The notes: generated by a model from the sequence alone, not told the origin. A stretch of DNA of 64,000 nucleotides from Tubulanus polymorphus (GCF_964204645.1 NC_134027.1:21662560-21726559), one strand, 5' to 3'; counted from the stretch's first letter, positions 1-13,563 are shown. Numbers and translations: made by a program.

Positions 1-443
1 GTCAAACTAACATTAACGTGTGGCGACAACATCGAGTTGAGTTACTACAATACCGGTTTAGGGAGGGCCGACTGTTGCTGCTATTGTGCGTGTAGTGGGG
101 CTGTTAATCCCCCGGAATTGTTAAATCAGTTTAAAACGTTACTGCCGTTATGCAGTACCTGCCAAAACACAGGAAAAAAGCTGTTGTGGCGCGTCCATAT
201 GGGAAGATATAAAGCTTTGTTATTTCTAATAAACTGTTTCATATTTAAAATAATGTTCTTCTATGCTTCTTTGGTGATCGGTGATGGAAAATACTTTTTC
301 CAAAAAAAAAAATTTTTTTTTTCTACCTACCTACCTACCCTACCAAAATTTGGACATGAAAATTCTTTTTATTTTCCGTTCCACCCATGTAAAAGTTAAT
401 AAAAAAAAAACTCAAAACATTCTTATTCAAGCCTTCAGACCTT

Positions 444-1669
444 TTGATTAGTTTCGATGTAGTTTCACTTTTCACCAATGTACCTTTCAAAGAAACTATA
501 GATATTATTTCTGATTATGTCTATAATTCAGATTCCAAACCATTATATAGTAAAGCAGTATTTAAAGAACTTTTAAAATTTGCCTCTTCTGGTATTTTCA
601 TGTATAGGCTAACAATTGTTTGTTCCATCAAGTGGATGACGTCACCATGGGCAGCCCTCTAGGTCCCACGTTTGCAAATTTCTGCCTGGCACACTTAGAA
701 AACCGCTTATTGACTGAATCAAAATTCAAGCCAGCCCTTTACTTCAGATATGTAGATGATGTATTTTGTGTATTTAGAGATCATTCCTCATATCTAAAGT
801 TCTTCCAACAATTAAACGATTTACATTCTTGTTTAGAATTCACTTTCGAGTTTGGTCCTAACATTCTACCCTTCTTAGATACTCGAATAGAAACTCCTTT
901 AGAAAGAGGAAAAAATTTTATATCAAGTGTCTACAGAAAATGTTCAAATACTGGTCTTTTACTCAACTTTAATGCGATGTGTGCATTTAAGTGGAAAATA
1001 GGTTTAGTTTATTGTATGTTATTTAGATCTTACAATATTTGTAACAGTTGGCAGGTTTTCACTAAAGAATTAGATTGTCTCCATGATATGTTTTGCCGTA
1101 ACGGTTACCCAGGCAGGGTGTTTGATAATTGTGTCAAAAGTTTTCTGGATTCTAGATTTACGCCGGGTAATAAACAGATTGAACACGATGAAGTTTCTCA
1201 ATTTATCTCAATTCCATATGTGGGCTACCCCACCGTACTATTTGCCCGTAAGATCAGAAATTTGTTCAAAAAACATTATTGCATTGATTCCAAGTGCTCA
1301 TTCACTACCACTAAGATTAAGAATTTCTTCTCATTGAAATGTCCTCCTAAATCCCTTAAGGCTAATGTTGTATACAAATTCAATTGTTTATGTGATGTAA
1401 ATGTTTCCTACATAGGAAAAACTAAACGAAATCTAGCTACGAGAGTTAAAGAGCATCGGACAAACAAATCCGCTATAGGACAACATTTAACTATCTGTTC
1501 CACTTGTAGTCAGGACTTGAATGAAAACAAATTCAAGATTTTAGACAAAGCTAACTCAGACTTTGAATGTAAAATCCGAGAGGCTTTGTTTATTAAATTA
1601 GAAAAGCCGTCTTTAAAATTACAATTGTTTCAAAATGGATCCTCATTCATTTTAAATGTATTTCGTTAA
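444..1669 (+). pseudogene. PLE reverse transcriptase/GIY-YIG ORF, frameshifted near 605-620 and N-terminally truncated
   Basis: ORFs 444..662 and 620..1669 carry consecutive RT motifs in different frames. Confidence 0.88.
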
Positions 1670-2072
1670 TCTGGCTTGTCCTGGCCTGTCCTGAAACTTA
1701 TTTATCCTTGTAAAGATATTCATAAGAGACACATAGTGGAATCAGCCCTAATATGAAAACTTTCGAAATCCAATTTATCTACTTATTTAAATACTGGTTT
1801 TTCTCCACATAACCAATTATTATCCAGACACATCAATTCTTTATTAGATTTGGGTTAATGTCACTATGTGTCACTCTGTTATCGCCACCCTCTTCAGTCC
1901 ACTTCACTTAGTTACATAATTTGTTTTTACTCTGAACTGTTTAGAATTGCTGTGGTTTCTACGGTACCCCTTGATTTTTATTGCTTGGTCTGTTTATCTT
2001 TAGTTTTGACACACTGCTTCTATTTTAGATCCTGTGAGTTTATATGCTTTGTTACTTGTTTTTCTGGTCATT

Positions 2073-2114
2073 CCACCTGATGATGGCTGTTAGTCAACAG
2101 CTGAAACGTTGTGG
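2073..2114 (+). ncRNA. Minimal type I hammerhead ribozyme in PLE pLTR
   Basis: ccac-CTGATGA-t-ggctgtt(agtc)aacagct-GAAAC-GTT-gtgg: conserved core, stem II, stem I ccac/gtgg and palindromic ACGT stem III typical of PLE hammerheads. Confidence 0.85.
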
Positions 2115-2269
2115 TTTCATTATAATAAATTTGATCATATAATTTTAAAATTCGAAGTGTGGGCTTTCTTCATTTATCTGTCCTGGTTTGTTGCCAGGTT
2201 ATATTATGCAATCTTCTGCTATTTTTAGGCACCACTGTTGACCTGTTTCCGTAAACTTATATCTTAACA

Positions 2270-5200
2270 TATTCGATCAAACAAAATTCAGCTCGCAAAC
2301 ATAGCTAAATCTTATGATATTATATGTATACAGGAAACTCACGCTAATCAATCTACGGTGATCTCTCATAGCGGTTTTTTTCCCTCCGTGCTGATAGGGG
2401 ATCCCCCTCATTATCAAGGAGTCACGGTGGTACTGCTGTATTAATCAGGAACGACCTTAAAAATCATATTAAATTTATCAAGGGTACTGAGTATGGTTTG
2501 TGGATCAAGCTCTCACGCCTCTTGTCCACTGACAATAAACCTATATATCTTGCTTGAGTATATATTCCGCCTGCTAACTCTCCAATTCATAAAAGTTCCC
2601 AAATAGATATGTTTGATTCAATTTATAACGACGTTGTAATGTACAGCCACCACAATAATATCCTGATGTGCGGAGATTTTAATTCTCGTATCTCTACTCT
2701 TGAAGATTTCATTAGTGAATCTTGTGAAAATTCACCTGTGGACCACCTAACGGCTCCGGATTGTTGCAAATCAAGAAACTCTACAGATAAAAAGACCAAC
2801 TCTTTTGGGAAAAAACTAATTGATTTATGCACCGCTTGTAACCTTAGGATTATAAACGGCAGGACTATAGGTGATTTATTTGGGATGCCAACATGTTATA
2901 AATACAATGGTTTCAGCACCGTCGATTTCTTTATTTGCAACAACGATTTCCTATGTTCTATTCTAAGTATGAATGTTGAAGATTTTTCGGTTTTCTCAGA
3001 CCACTGTAGGTTATCTGTATATATAGCAAGTAATAAAACATCCATCCCCTTATACCCCGTAGTACATCATCAAAGATTTATAATAAACCGATCAGATACA
3101 TCTGGTGTGAAGAAAACGAGCTTAACTTTGTAAATGCTTTTGAATCCCCAGAAACACTAGCCAAAATCAAAGAGATTTGTGAGCATCAAAACAACGACTC
3201 AATTAGTTCAGACTCCAGCTCTCTTCTAGAAAAATGTACGAATATTTATAAATCAATTGCTTTGAATACACTGAAACCAAAATCGACCAAAAAGGGTAGA
3301 ATTTTTAAACAGAAATGGTTCGATAAAACTTGCCTTAATCTCAGAAGAAGAACCAAACGTGAAGCTAGCAAGTTATCCTCTACTAGGGATCCTGATCCGG
3401 ACCTTATCTTGGACTATTACAATTTAAAAAGAAACTATAAAAAACTCTTGAAACAAAAAAAAAGCCAGTTTACATCTAAAATTGTCGATGAAATCAATTA
3501 TACTAAAAGTACCGGTAGTAATAAAAACTCTAAAACTTTCTGGAAAAACATAAATAGCCTCCGCCACCCCTACACAAAAAACGATCCATCTTATATCACG
3601 CTGGATGAATGGTTTCATCATTTTAAAACTCTGAGCTCTTCCGAAAACCTTCCATCCGAAGTTCTCTCTAAGCTTCATCAAGAGTTACTTGAACTCGAGA
3701 ACTCGACGCAAACATTTAATCAACTGGACTTTTCTATAACTGAAGCTGAAATCATAAAAGCTGTTAATAAACTGAAGTCTAACAAAGCTACCGGTCCAGA
3801 CTCAATTTCGAACGAAATGATTAAGTGCAATATAAACTTTATGCTTGAGCCTTTATGTAAACTTTTTAGCTCTGTATTATCCAGTGGCACCTATCCTGAA
3901 GAATGGTCCCGAGGTATTATTGCACCTATTTTTAAAAAAGGTGATCCATGTGATACCAACTGTTACAGGGGGATCACTATCTCTAGCTGCTTAGGTAAAC
4001 TTTTCTGTAGCATTCTGAACAACTGTCTTGTAAATTACTTGGAAGATAACAACATTCTTAACCCAAACCAAATTGGCTTTAGAAAGGGCTCTCGTACCTC
4101 AGATCACCTTTTTACTCTGAAGCACTTGATCGATAGAAACACTAGTAAACGCAAACAGAAATTCTACTGCGCCTTTATTGACTTCAGTCGTGCCTTTGAT
4201 AGCATTCCCCATGACGGGTTGTTAATTAAATTGATAAAATCCGGTATAAGTGGTTTATTTTATAAAGTTATAAAAAATATGTATGCGAGTGCCTTTTCCA
4301 GAGTCCAAAACGACAAAGGTCTATCTGAGGAATTTCCAGTAAAAATCGGTGTACATCAGGGTAATATTCTAAGTCTGATGCTCTTCAATATCTTTATCAA
4401 TGACTTACATAAATCTTTTAATAATTGTGACTCTCCAACTATAAGGAACATCAATATCCCATGCCTACTATACGCGGATGATCTTGTTATATTATCCAGA
4501 ACACCTGAAGGTCTGCAAAAATCACTGGATAATCTAGGTGTATATTGTAACACATGGGGTATTGATGTAAACTATGGAAAATCTAATATAATGGAATTTA
4601 GTAAAGCTAGGAACATGCGTATGACAGAATCTAAATTTAAGATTAATGACTGCACTATAAATTTCTGTAAAACTTATAATTATTTGGGTTTTACTGTTCA
4701 CTGTAATGGTAAACTGGATAGTCTCCAAGATGCATTGGGTAAAAAGGGATCTAGAGCATTATTCAACCTCATAAAAATTCCTGGCTTTAGAAATTTAGGC
4801 ATTATCCAACAACTGCAACTCTTCAACAGTCTCATCAAACCTATTATTACATATGGTAGCGAAGTTTGGGGAGTCACACCTTTGATTAAAAATCTAAATA
4901 AAGGAGATGATCGTACTATAAAAGACAACATAGGTGATATCTTCAAACTTTGCTCAATGCAAAAAGTAGTTAACCGTTTCCTTCGTCATATCCTTGGACT
5001 CCATAACAGATCACCTATTCTACCTCTCCTTGGAGATCTTGGCCAATTTCCCATACTCATTGAAATAATTTTATCTTCTGTGAAATATTGGTTAAATTGC
5101 ATGAAAAATAATCAAAACTCCCTGCTCTATCTTTGTTTGTTAGATATGCATGAATCCTCGTCCCGAGACTCTCGCTTTAATTTTGTTTCTTGTATAAAAA

Positions 5201-5900
5201 AAATTCTATTAGACTGTAATCTTAACCATTTATGGGAAAATTTAGGGCACAATCCAAATATAACCAGATCAACTAAAATTGTATGTAAATATATGCAGCA
5301 GGGTTTTCTTATTTTTTGGAATTCAAAGATCAATGATCCAACTCACAGCCGGTATAACTTTTATAGAACTATGAAATCTAAATTTCAGCTAGAACCATAT
5401 CTATTATTCTTAAAAGACCACTCTCTAAAATCAGCAATAGCAAAACTTCGAATGTCATGTCATAACCTTATAATTGAAAAAGGAAGGAGACTCGGCATCG
5501 CTCAACCAAATCGTATTTGCCCTCACTGTAACGCTGTCGGCGATGAATCCCATTTTCTTTTTTTATTGTAAACTGCAGGATAATTTAAGAACTAAATATG
5601 ATATTGTAAATCTAAACCTAGACACTTTTCTTTCGGCCTTTACTAATCCCAATAAACCAATCTTCTTAAATATTGCGAAATTCATATATCATGGGCTTGT
5701 AAATATCACTTAAATAATATTGTATATATATATATGTTAGACATTGTATTAGTTCTCTCTCCTTTTATTATTTTTCTGTTAGTGCACATCTTTGTGTCAC
5801 ACATTTTTGTTTTTTGTCTGTTTGTTATTATTGTTGTTTTCTTCATTCACAATCTTATACTTTGGATTTATGATGAATAAATTGAAATTGAAATTGAAAT
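2270..5900 (+). mobile_element. Non-LTR retrotransposon (APE endonuclease + RT, RTE-X-like), decayed, with (AAATTG)n tail
   Basis: APE motifs YDIICIQETH (~2314-2343), GGTAVLIR, VYIPP, GDFNSR, VDFFI, SDHC. In-frame stop near 2555 and frameshift near 3070-3130. RT ORF follows, then a C-terminal CPHC..GDESHFL(C) knuckle, then AATAAA and AAATTG repeats at ~5876-5900. Clade assignment is inference. Confidence 0.88.
3262..5571 (+). pseudogene. LINE reverse transcriptase portion of ORF2 (769 aa open; frameshift in C-terminal zinc knuckle)
   Basis: KATGPDSISNEM, PIFKKGD, YRGITI, QIGFRKG, FIDFSRAFD, GVHQG, LLYADD, YNYLG, YGSEVWG. Confidence 0.92.
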
Positions 5901-6629
5901 TACTGTAGTTTTGCATCATTTGTTACTTGAGAAGGGGTTTATGTTTTCCCTGAAAACGTTCGACTTATTCAACATGATTTATATATATATGGAAAATGAA
6001 ACTGTTTGTTCTTTTATGGATTTTTAATTATCTGAACTCTCTACCGAGGATTTAACAAAAAAAGTTCTTATTTTTTCAAAATCCAAGTAGGCTAATCAAA
6101 GTAAAAACACCTAACTGTTTACATAAAATCAATAAACTATACATGCAGGCCTCTTAGTGTACAATAGTATCTTTGCAGCTTAAGGATAACTGGGTCAGCG
6201 GATCAGTAACTATGGCAGAAGGTCGTTTATTTTTAGAAGCTGACAAATGATGTGGGGAAGGAATGAATGCCCCTAACAACAAATATGCATAGGAAACATG
6301 TGTTCGAGTTTATTATGATAACAACAACAAAAGTAATTCCCTCGATATCCTGACTCCCAAAAATTGGCAAAAAGTCCAGAATTCCAGAGAAATCCGGATA
6401 TTAAGTGGCATTCTCTGAAGTCATGGAATTTATGTAGTTAGCACGCCGAGAACCAGCAGGAAATTCTATCCAGAGGTGTTGAAGACAGGCCCTTCAAACG
6501 ATCAGTGTAAAAGAATTTAGATCAAGATTTTTGAAATTTGAATACAATCTTCATGTATTTTTTTGGCAAATGGAAAGTCATCCATTCTCAAATGATTTAT
6601 CCGCGTACCCGGGCACTTCATAATTTACA

Positions 6630-6725
6630 GTGCCAAAATGACTAAGAATGAGGTCATCCTCCCCAATCTAGTCCTTAGCTCTGTCATTTTCACGGTGTAA
6701 ATGCCCTTTTTCTTGAAATAGAACT
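6630..6725 (+). repeat. Dispersed ~95-bp repeat (second copy at ~9834-9928)
   Basis: gtgccaaaatgactaagaatgaggtca...cttgaaatagaact present twice with few mismatches. Confidence 0.75.
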
Positions 6726-8942
6726 GCCCCTCTAATAAGCTCGGCGCAGGCCTGGATGAAGGCAATGAAATGAGATTATCATTTTGTGACAAACTGGTAG
6801 TTCATAGTCATTGTAGGTATGTGGCAGAATCGTGCTACGCGCAGTACGATTATTCTGTGACGCGGAAATGGGCTCTCCTAGGGATATCCCCTACTAAAAT
6901 CGCTCTGATTGGCTTATTTTGGGGAATACCTATGGGATTCCCTAGTATGATGTCAGGGAATTCCGGGACTTCCACCTCGTTTTCGAATTTTATTGATCGG
7001 TTAAGAATCACGGAAATTTGCGAAGTTTGAAGATTTTACCTGATTTCGAAGCGCTAAATATACCTCTAGGTGAGACTGCATATTAATGAAACCTATTTGC
7101 ATATCGAATTATGTCTTTCATTGAAATAATGATGAAGTTTGAAGTAGATATTAGGACAAGAACATAGTAAAATATTACCGGGAACGGACAATGTATTTTG
7201 ACGTGGTCGGCCATTTTTGAAGAAATTACGATGTTTTGTCTTCTGGTGTTGGGTCGAAATATGGGCCTATAAATTGCCGAAAAGTATATGTTTTAGAATG
7301 AATAATCGAAAGATTAGTATGTTTGGTAAATGTCTAAGTACTTTTGAGAATAAAATATGTGATTTTAAAATGATTTTGAAAGGGTTTTCTTTTGTTTACT
7401 TTGTGGCGATTCTTGGTCACGTGACATCATCTTCGTTACCTGATTGGCTGATGCGAATGTCAATAGTAAATAAACGCATGTGCTTTTCAAAAATGTATTT
7501 ACAAACTAGCTAATTTGGTTTAAATAGACACTTATTGCATGGAAATGAATTGAATCTTATTTTATCAATAGATATTTTTTCTCTTAAATTTGGAGGTAAA
7601 TTTGCAGATCTTTTCAAATGGAGGTTAAAGAGGATGTTAAGACGCGGAAAATAGGTGTAGGCAGTGAATTCCTGGAAAGATTTTCAAAAATTGAAGAAGA
7701 TGTAGACATTAAGAATGGACATGTTATATATATATTCAACAAGAATAAGAAGAGCCTATGATATGACAAATTATGAATTTGCTGTTGATTACTTGCTTGG
7801 TGACCTTGTAATGTTGTAAATCAAATTGTGTTAGTGAAGTTACAAAGATTTTCATGTATTTCGATAATTACGTATCATTATTAGGCTAATTGATATTAGT
7901 TAAATATCTATAACTTTTAGAATAATAAATCTATATGAACTTTTGAAACTAATATTTGCAACTCTTGTTATGTTTTATCAACCCTGAAAGTTTCATGGTG
8001 CTATCTTTTATATTAAGGAAGTTATGGTACTTTTTGTGCGTTTCTTACCCATTTGCGATCACACTTATCCTATTGTTTGCCTTATTAATTACGGGTGTCA
8101 TTTTGAGATCTTCAAAATTTCATAATTTCCCTAATATTTGAGCTAGAAAGACAAACCAGGCATTTTTGGAAAGGATTTTCCCTGCTCTCTCCAGCTGTGT
8201 TAAAGTAATCATTGTAGGATAACTTCGATATTTTCTGCCACATACCTAGTCATTGGTTAGAAAAAAAGTTGGTAACTGTATCTTTTATCAAATTGTTTTC
8301 TGCCAACACCTAATGGCTAATCCACCCGTCCCAGGCATAAATTGTCACAAGAAAAGGTGTAACCAGTGAGGTTTAGCAGTTCACATTCCCTCCTGTCATT
8401 CTGAATTTTGTGTCGGTTCGAGATGGTAAATCGTGAGATCGACCTTATAAATCGTGCGGGGTACGCCACATCTTCTTTCCCCAGTTCCATTCCCCACCGA
8501 TGCCCCCTCTCCTCCCCCCATCCATCCAGTATAGTTAGTATCACATCTGGACGTATCCTTATGAAATCAAAGCGATTGTGTAAGCTATACATATCATACA
8601 TTCTACTGAACTAACGATACATACCTCCTTTCTTCGGCTAAACGTTGTGAGGGAAGAAGATTTTCGTAAACAATCGCTTAATGAGATACTTTCAGTAGGA
8701 CGAAAAATCGTATCGTGCGGTTTCTCCCTCCGCTCCCTCTCCAGCCTCGCTCGGTGCTAGATGTCAGTCGTGAACGATTGACCTATATACTATATAGCCG
8801 TAGCTGTCGAGCGAGGCAGTTCGAATCCCGAAAACGAGTACCCAACTGTGGTAAGATAAAAACCCACTATGTACCGTACAGATTAAAAGAATTTTAAAAT
8901 CGAGAATTTATTTATTCAAAATATCTAAAATATAAAAGACAC

Positions 8943-8986
8943 ACACCTGACGATGATCTCTAGGGTGATATTGAAACAAGTCGTGT
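8943..8986 (+). ncRNA. Minimal hammerhead ribozyme (diverged copy)
   Basis: acac-CTGACGA-tgatctctagggtgatatt-GAAAC-aa-GTC-gtgt; stem II has mismatches. Confidence 0.7.
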
Positions 8987-9094
8987 ATTAATATTTTAGA
9001 TTTTTTGAATAAAACTAAAATTCTCGATTTTAAAATATTTTAATTTGTACAGTGGGTAAGTTGATATTATCCGTTCACCACGGCTCGTATCAGA

Positions 9095-9239
9095 GTTGTA
9101 GATTAATGTAAAAACTATAATCTGTTAATCTAATGTCTATGGGTACGGTATATAAAAGAACATATATTATCATTTATTTTATATACCGTACCCATAGACA
9201 TTAGATTAACAGATTATGGTTTTTTCATTAATCTACAAC
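9095..9239. repeat. Long near-perfect inverted repeat (~60-bp arms) flanked by a 12-bp direct repeat
   Basis: gttgtagattaatg...tatgggtacggtatataaaa / ttttatataccgtacccata...cattaatctacaac; ccgttcaccacg at 9071-9082 and 9241-9252. Confidence 0.9.
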
Positions 9240-11365
9240 CCCGTTCACCACGTTTGAGTGTGGTTATTGTGGTGTTTCAAATCAATCGTTTTTTTTTAAT
9301 GATGCAAGCATTTGGTGTATAGAAATTTGGGCTGCTTAATCGGGTTGTAGGTACTAATCCCCCAGTTGAAATCCCTCTCAAAAATCCCCCAGGTAAAAAT
9401 CAACTAAATTAATTTCTCATCAAACTACAAATTAGCTACCGGAAAAAATACTTTTTACCAAGGACATATGAGGATAGTCAGTAACCTGACTGTGGTTAAG
9501 TTTCACGATCGGATATTTTCACAAACCACATCCGAATATAAAAAGCTTACTACCAACGATTAGGTAACTAACTAATATGAGGATAGATATTTCACTACTT
9601 TTAAACTGTATTTCTTCATTAGAAATAGTTATCCCTACTATACGATAACGTAAATTTTTCATGCATTGCAACTTGTTAATAGTCGCAGAATAGGGGCGCT
9701 AGAGTGACAGTTTATCCAAGATGAATATTGTGACCAATTTTAGCATGAGAATTTGAAATTTCTGAAATCTATCAAAGTTTTTCAAGATTAGGATATTGAA
9801 ATATTTTATATAACACTTCATAACAATTTTCTGTGCCAAAATGACTAAGAATGAGGTCACCCTCCCATATCTAGTCCTTAGCTCTGTCATTTTCATGGTG
9901 TTAATGCCCTTTTTCTTGAAATAGAACTAATTCAATCATACACATTACTTTTTTCAAAATCATGATCAAGCTAGCCATAACACAAGCAGTAAAATAAACT
10001 GATTACAAATCTTATTGCAGTTAACAGGTGACCCAGCCGATTAATCATTTTATTTTAGCCTTACTGCAAGTAGTCAGCACTCCCGTCACTGCGTTTTGAT
10101 CTCTTTCTGGACTGATTTTCCTACCAATTAGAAAGGTATCGCTCGATATTTTTCAAGTCTAACATATTGAATCCACCTTGAATCCACCCCTGGTATAAAA
10201 TGTTGAAATTATCTGATTGTTTTCAAACCACTACCGAATTGGGCATGGGGTCCTTGGACCCCTAGTTTCGATTTGTTTCCCCGCGGGGCGCTCTACAGAA
10301 AAATAGTACCTTTTACACAAAGCCATGAGCAAGTATCCCAGACATATGTTGTTTGAATGAGCACATCCCGTATATTGATGGGTAAAATGTGTAACTTTGA
10401 CAGTTTATTTCAATAGTTCGCATGTTTGTTCCTCTCCTTATGATCAGCAAACCTCGCACAAAACCACTAGATCAAACTAGAATCTTCTGACTACGATCTT
10501 TACATAGAAACGATGCACGATATTTTATTTACATAAATAACAATTTAAGGCATTCTTCGTCGAAGTGATAAGATATATGTTGCTGCTATTTTTCACTGTA
10601 TACATATAAATAACAATGCGGCCATATCATCGAGAATCAATATATCAAAATATACGCCTTCATTTATTTATCTATAATATATTCAACGTAAACCAATATT
10701 CAGTGTAAAAATACACAATAACATAGAAACATTGTTTTAAGAGATTATTCTTTCTTCGCTAATTACAGGGAAATAATCAGTCAGCAATCAATTGATTACC
10801 GAGTTTTACAATCTTCAGAAAATATCATATCATACGTACATATAAATCATCGCTTAAAAGATTATTTGAATTCAATAACTTAAAAAAAAAGGCCTTGATT
10901 ATTGCGCTTTTTCGAAAAATTACATAAATAAATAGCGAAGAAACCAAGAGAAAAATAGGTTAATTTTTCTAGGAAACTTTTGCCTCAGAAATATTTCAAC
11001 ATGTTCATCATCTTTCAAAGCTCACCGTTGGAAAAACGTAATTTGATTAACGATTTAGCTAATGAATGCGATCGAGTCAAATCAACCAACTGAGCCGAAT
11101 TGACTCAATTATAAAAAAATTCAATAAATGTAGTCGCACAATGCGAAAAGTTGCTGCCTTGATAAAAACTAAGAGTATTTTATAATAAACTTTCAGCTTC
11201 GAAAAGTTTAGATACTCCAACCAGTAGTACATAGCACATACCCTATGTAAAAACGTATTTGAACTCACTTTGACATCACCAATTACATTGAAGGATGATT
11301 TTCGCAAAGCCGGATGAAAATTCTCACATAATAATAATTAATTAATACCACAGTGCTAAGCGTAT

Positions 11366-11789
11366 GGGAGCGTTCACAAATTACGTACCTCAAAATCTCC
11401 CGTTTTTCTGACCCCCTCCCCCTTGTACCACCTTTGTACCAAACTCACTGACCCCCTCTTAGGTATGTACAATGGTACCCATGACCATCCTCTCCAATTA
11501 TATTGATACCAAGCACACAGAACAAAAGTTCGATATGAAGAAATGACAAAACTAAAGAATTAAGCAATTATTGTTGTTTATTGATTTTATATACCTGGTA
11601 CTAAAAGCCGCAGTGGTATCGGCTATTTTCATTTGAGTTTGGTGCATAAAGTACGTACCAAGATTGATTAATACCCCCTCCCTCAAAGTACGTACCTTTT
11701 TTGCTGACCCCCTCCCCCATGTACCACTTTGTACCAAAATTCAGTAACCCCCTCCCCCAAATAGAGGTACGTAATTTATGAAGGCTCCC
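11366..11789. mobile_element. MITE, PIF/Harbinger-like
   Basis: TIRs gggagcgttcacaaattacgtacctc / gaggtacgtaatttatgaaggctccc, flanked by TAT on both sides; internal subterminal repeats. Confidence 0.75.
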
Positions 11790-11796
11790 TATGGGA

Positions 11797-12307
11797 GGGG
11801 TTTCACTATATTCTATCACTCGCAACCACCTTTCGATGGCTAGGTCTAGTTCCATTCAATCAATTATGCTGCCCTCTATATGTGATAAAATATACTAAAA
11901 TAGGGTTAGGGTTCGGTGTTTAGGTCAGAAAACGCCTCAAGAGGGTGAGAAAAGGATCCAGAGGGTTAAGGTTGGGGTCTGCTAATTAAGGGCCAGGGTT
12001 AGGATTAGGATTAGAGTTAGGTTATATGTACTGTTAAAACATTGGGTGGGCTTTTGTCGGGCTCGGTGGTCTAATGGGGAGGTGTTACCCTAGCAATATG
12101 CTGGCCAGATTTCAAGTCTCGTTCCACCTGCTTTGTTTTCTCTAAATTATCTTTCCACTTTCATTGAATCTTCCAAGTCGTACACCTACGTGCCCAGGCG
12201 TTAGGGTTAGCGAGCCAATCAGGACGCATCTGAATTGGAATTAGACCTAAGCCCCCACTAGCCTACAAAAAGGTAGTTGTGAGTGATATATGATATAGTC
12301 ACACCCT
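11797..12307. mobile_element. MITE with imperfect long TIRs and internal TTAGGG-like runs
   Basis: ggggtttcactatattctatcactcgcaaccacctt / aaggtagttgtgagtgatatatgatatagtcacaccc; second inverted pair ggtctagttccattca / tgaattggaattagacc. Confidence 0.6.
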
Positions 12308-13010
12308 TGTGGGAACGTTCACAAGATAGTACATACTATTCGATTATGAGTGTTTAGGGGCATTTGGTACGTACTTTAAAACCTGAAATACAGTAAAGGA
12401 TTAATATCTGCGTGTTGAAACCCTTTCAATGTTAATTTTTTTTCCGTTAAGTGCCCGGGAGATAATTTGAAATATTCCACCGCACTGCGTTGTATAATGG
12501 GCTACCCGCACTCACCAAATGGCGTAACAATACACTGTTATATGTAGTGAAGAGGCTCCCAAATGGAAATTTTGTCAAACAAGTCATCACATAGATGAGT
12601 GTATGGTATAATTTTACTGAAAATTGATTTTACTTACAAGAAAAGTTGATTCGAATTTAATTGAGATATAGAAGAAATTGAAGTGCGGTAACCGAGTAAC
12701 CACTAGCGAACCTGGCGGATCCTTGCTTGCCATACGTGGAATCCTCGATCGCCAAAGTAGCGGTGTCGGTACCCTACGGCTATACTATGGGGCGATGTAA
12801 TTTTACATGCATGGGCAGATACCAGTTAAATGCTCCCATCGAAAATAAATAGGTGAATGAAATGATTACATTAAACATTAGCACGCACGCAGGTCAAATT
12901 AACACTATTAATCATATTAATGTTAGTTCTCTACAAGGGTAAGGACCCCCTATTCGGGTACAGCCGAAATTGGCATGTCCCAATATGTCCTCTAGTAAGT
13001 ATTGTATATA

Positions 13011-13563
13011 CAGTCAACCCCGCATAAGTCGTCATCGAATTATTCTTATCATCGCATATCTCGTATAATTAATTTGGTACCGATTTTCTTCTTCTTTAAA
13101 CCTTAAGAAATTATGCTTATAACTCGTACTTCATAAGTCGTATTTTCACGTAAGTCGTATCAATTTTAGAAGCTATATCTTCTGATTCCATTAAAAACAC
13201 ATCGCGTAAGTCGCAGCCCGAAATGCCGGCAACAGATAAAACATACGCTACAATATTGTTAGTGTAAGTGTTCAGACAGTTACAATGTAATTTTCTTGTG
13301 ACGTTGTCGGCGTGGTGCACTTGGCAGCTTTAATTGATCGATTGATCGATATAGGATCTGCACGGTGAGCTCAGGATACGAGCGGGAACAGACGAACCAT
13401 GCAGGAATCCGAGCGTCGTATATATTGGGTTATTCACGGAATTCGTATAAAACCACGACTTATAGATAACTCGTAAAAATATGACTCACACGTAACTCGT
13501 ACATCACGTAAGTCGTAGTAAAATCGTCAGTCCCAAGGACTACGACTTATGCGGGGTTGACTG
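13011..13563. mobile_element. Tc1/mariner (pogo/Tigger-like) MITE
   Basis: TA-cagtcaaccccgcataagtcgt ... acgacttatgcggggttgactg-TA. Confidence 0.88.

Larger units (their letters stand above)
420..2190 (+). mobile_element. 5'-truncated Penelope-like retroelement (PLE), RT + GIY-YIG endonuclease, with 3' pseudo-LTR
   Basis: RT motifs SFDVVSLFTNVP, MGSPLGPTFAN, YFRYVDD. GIY-YIG-type NVVYKFNC...SYIGKTKRNLATRVKEH...IREALFI. Downstream hammerhead core and AATAAA near 2124. Outer boundaries are approximate. Confidence 0.9.
8855..9266 (+). mobile_element. ORF-less PLE terminus (inverted partial pLTR + pLTR with hammerhead + tail), same family as 21751-28733 and 57937-58254
   Basis: aaacccact...aaaatataaa is inverted relative to ttttagatt...agtgggt around a hammerhead. 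Tail ccgttcaccacgtttgagtgtggttat is the reverse complement of 21757-21781. Confidence 0.8.

Noticed and set aside
11895-12025. TTAGGG-like repeats as a telomere or telomerase template
   Set aside because: Short, degenerate and internal to a MITE.
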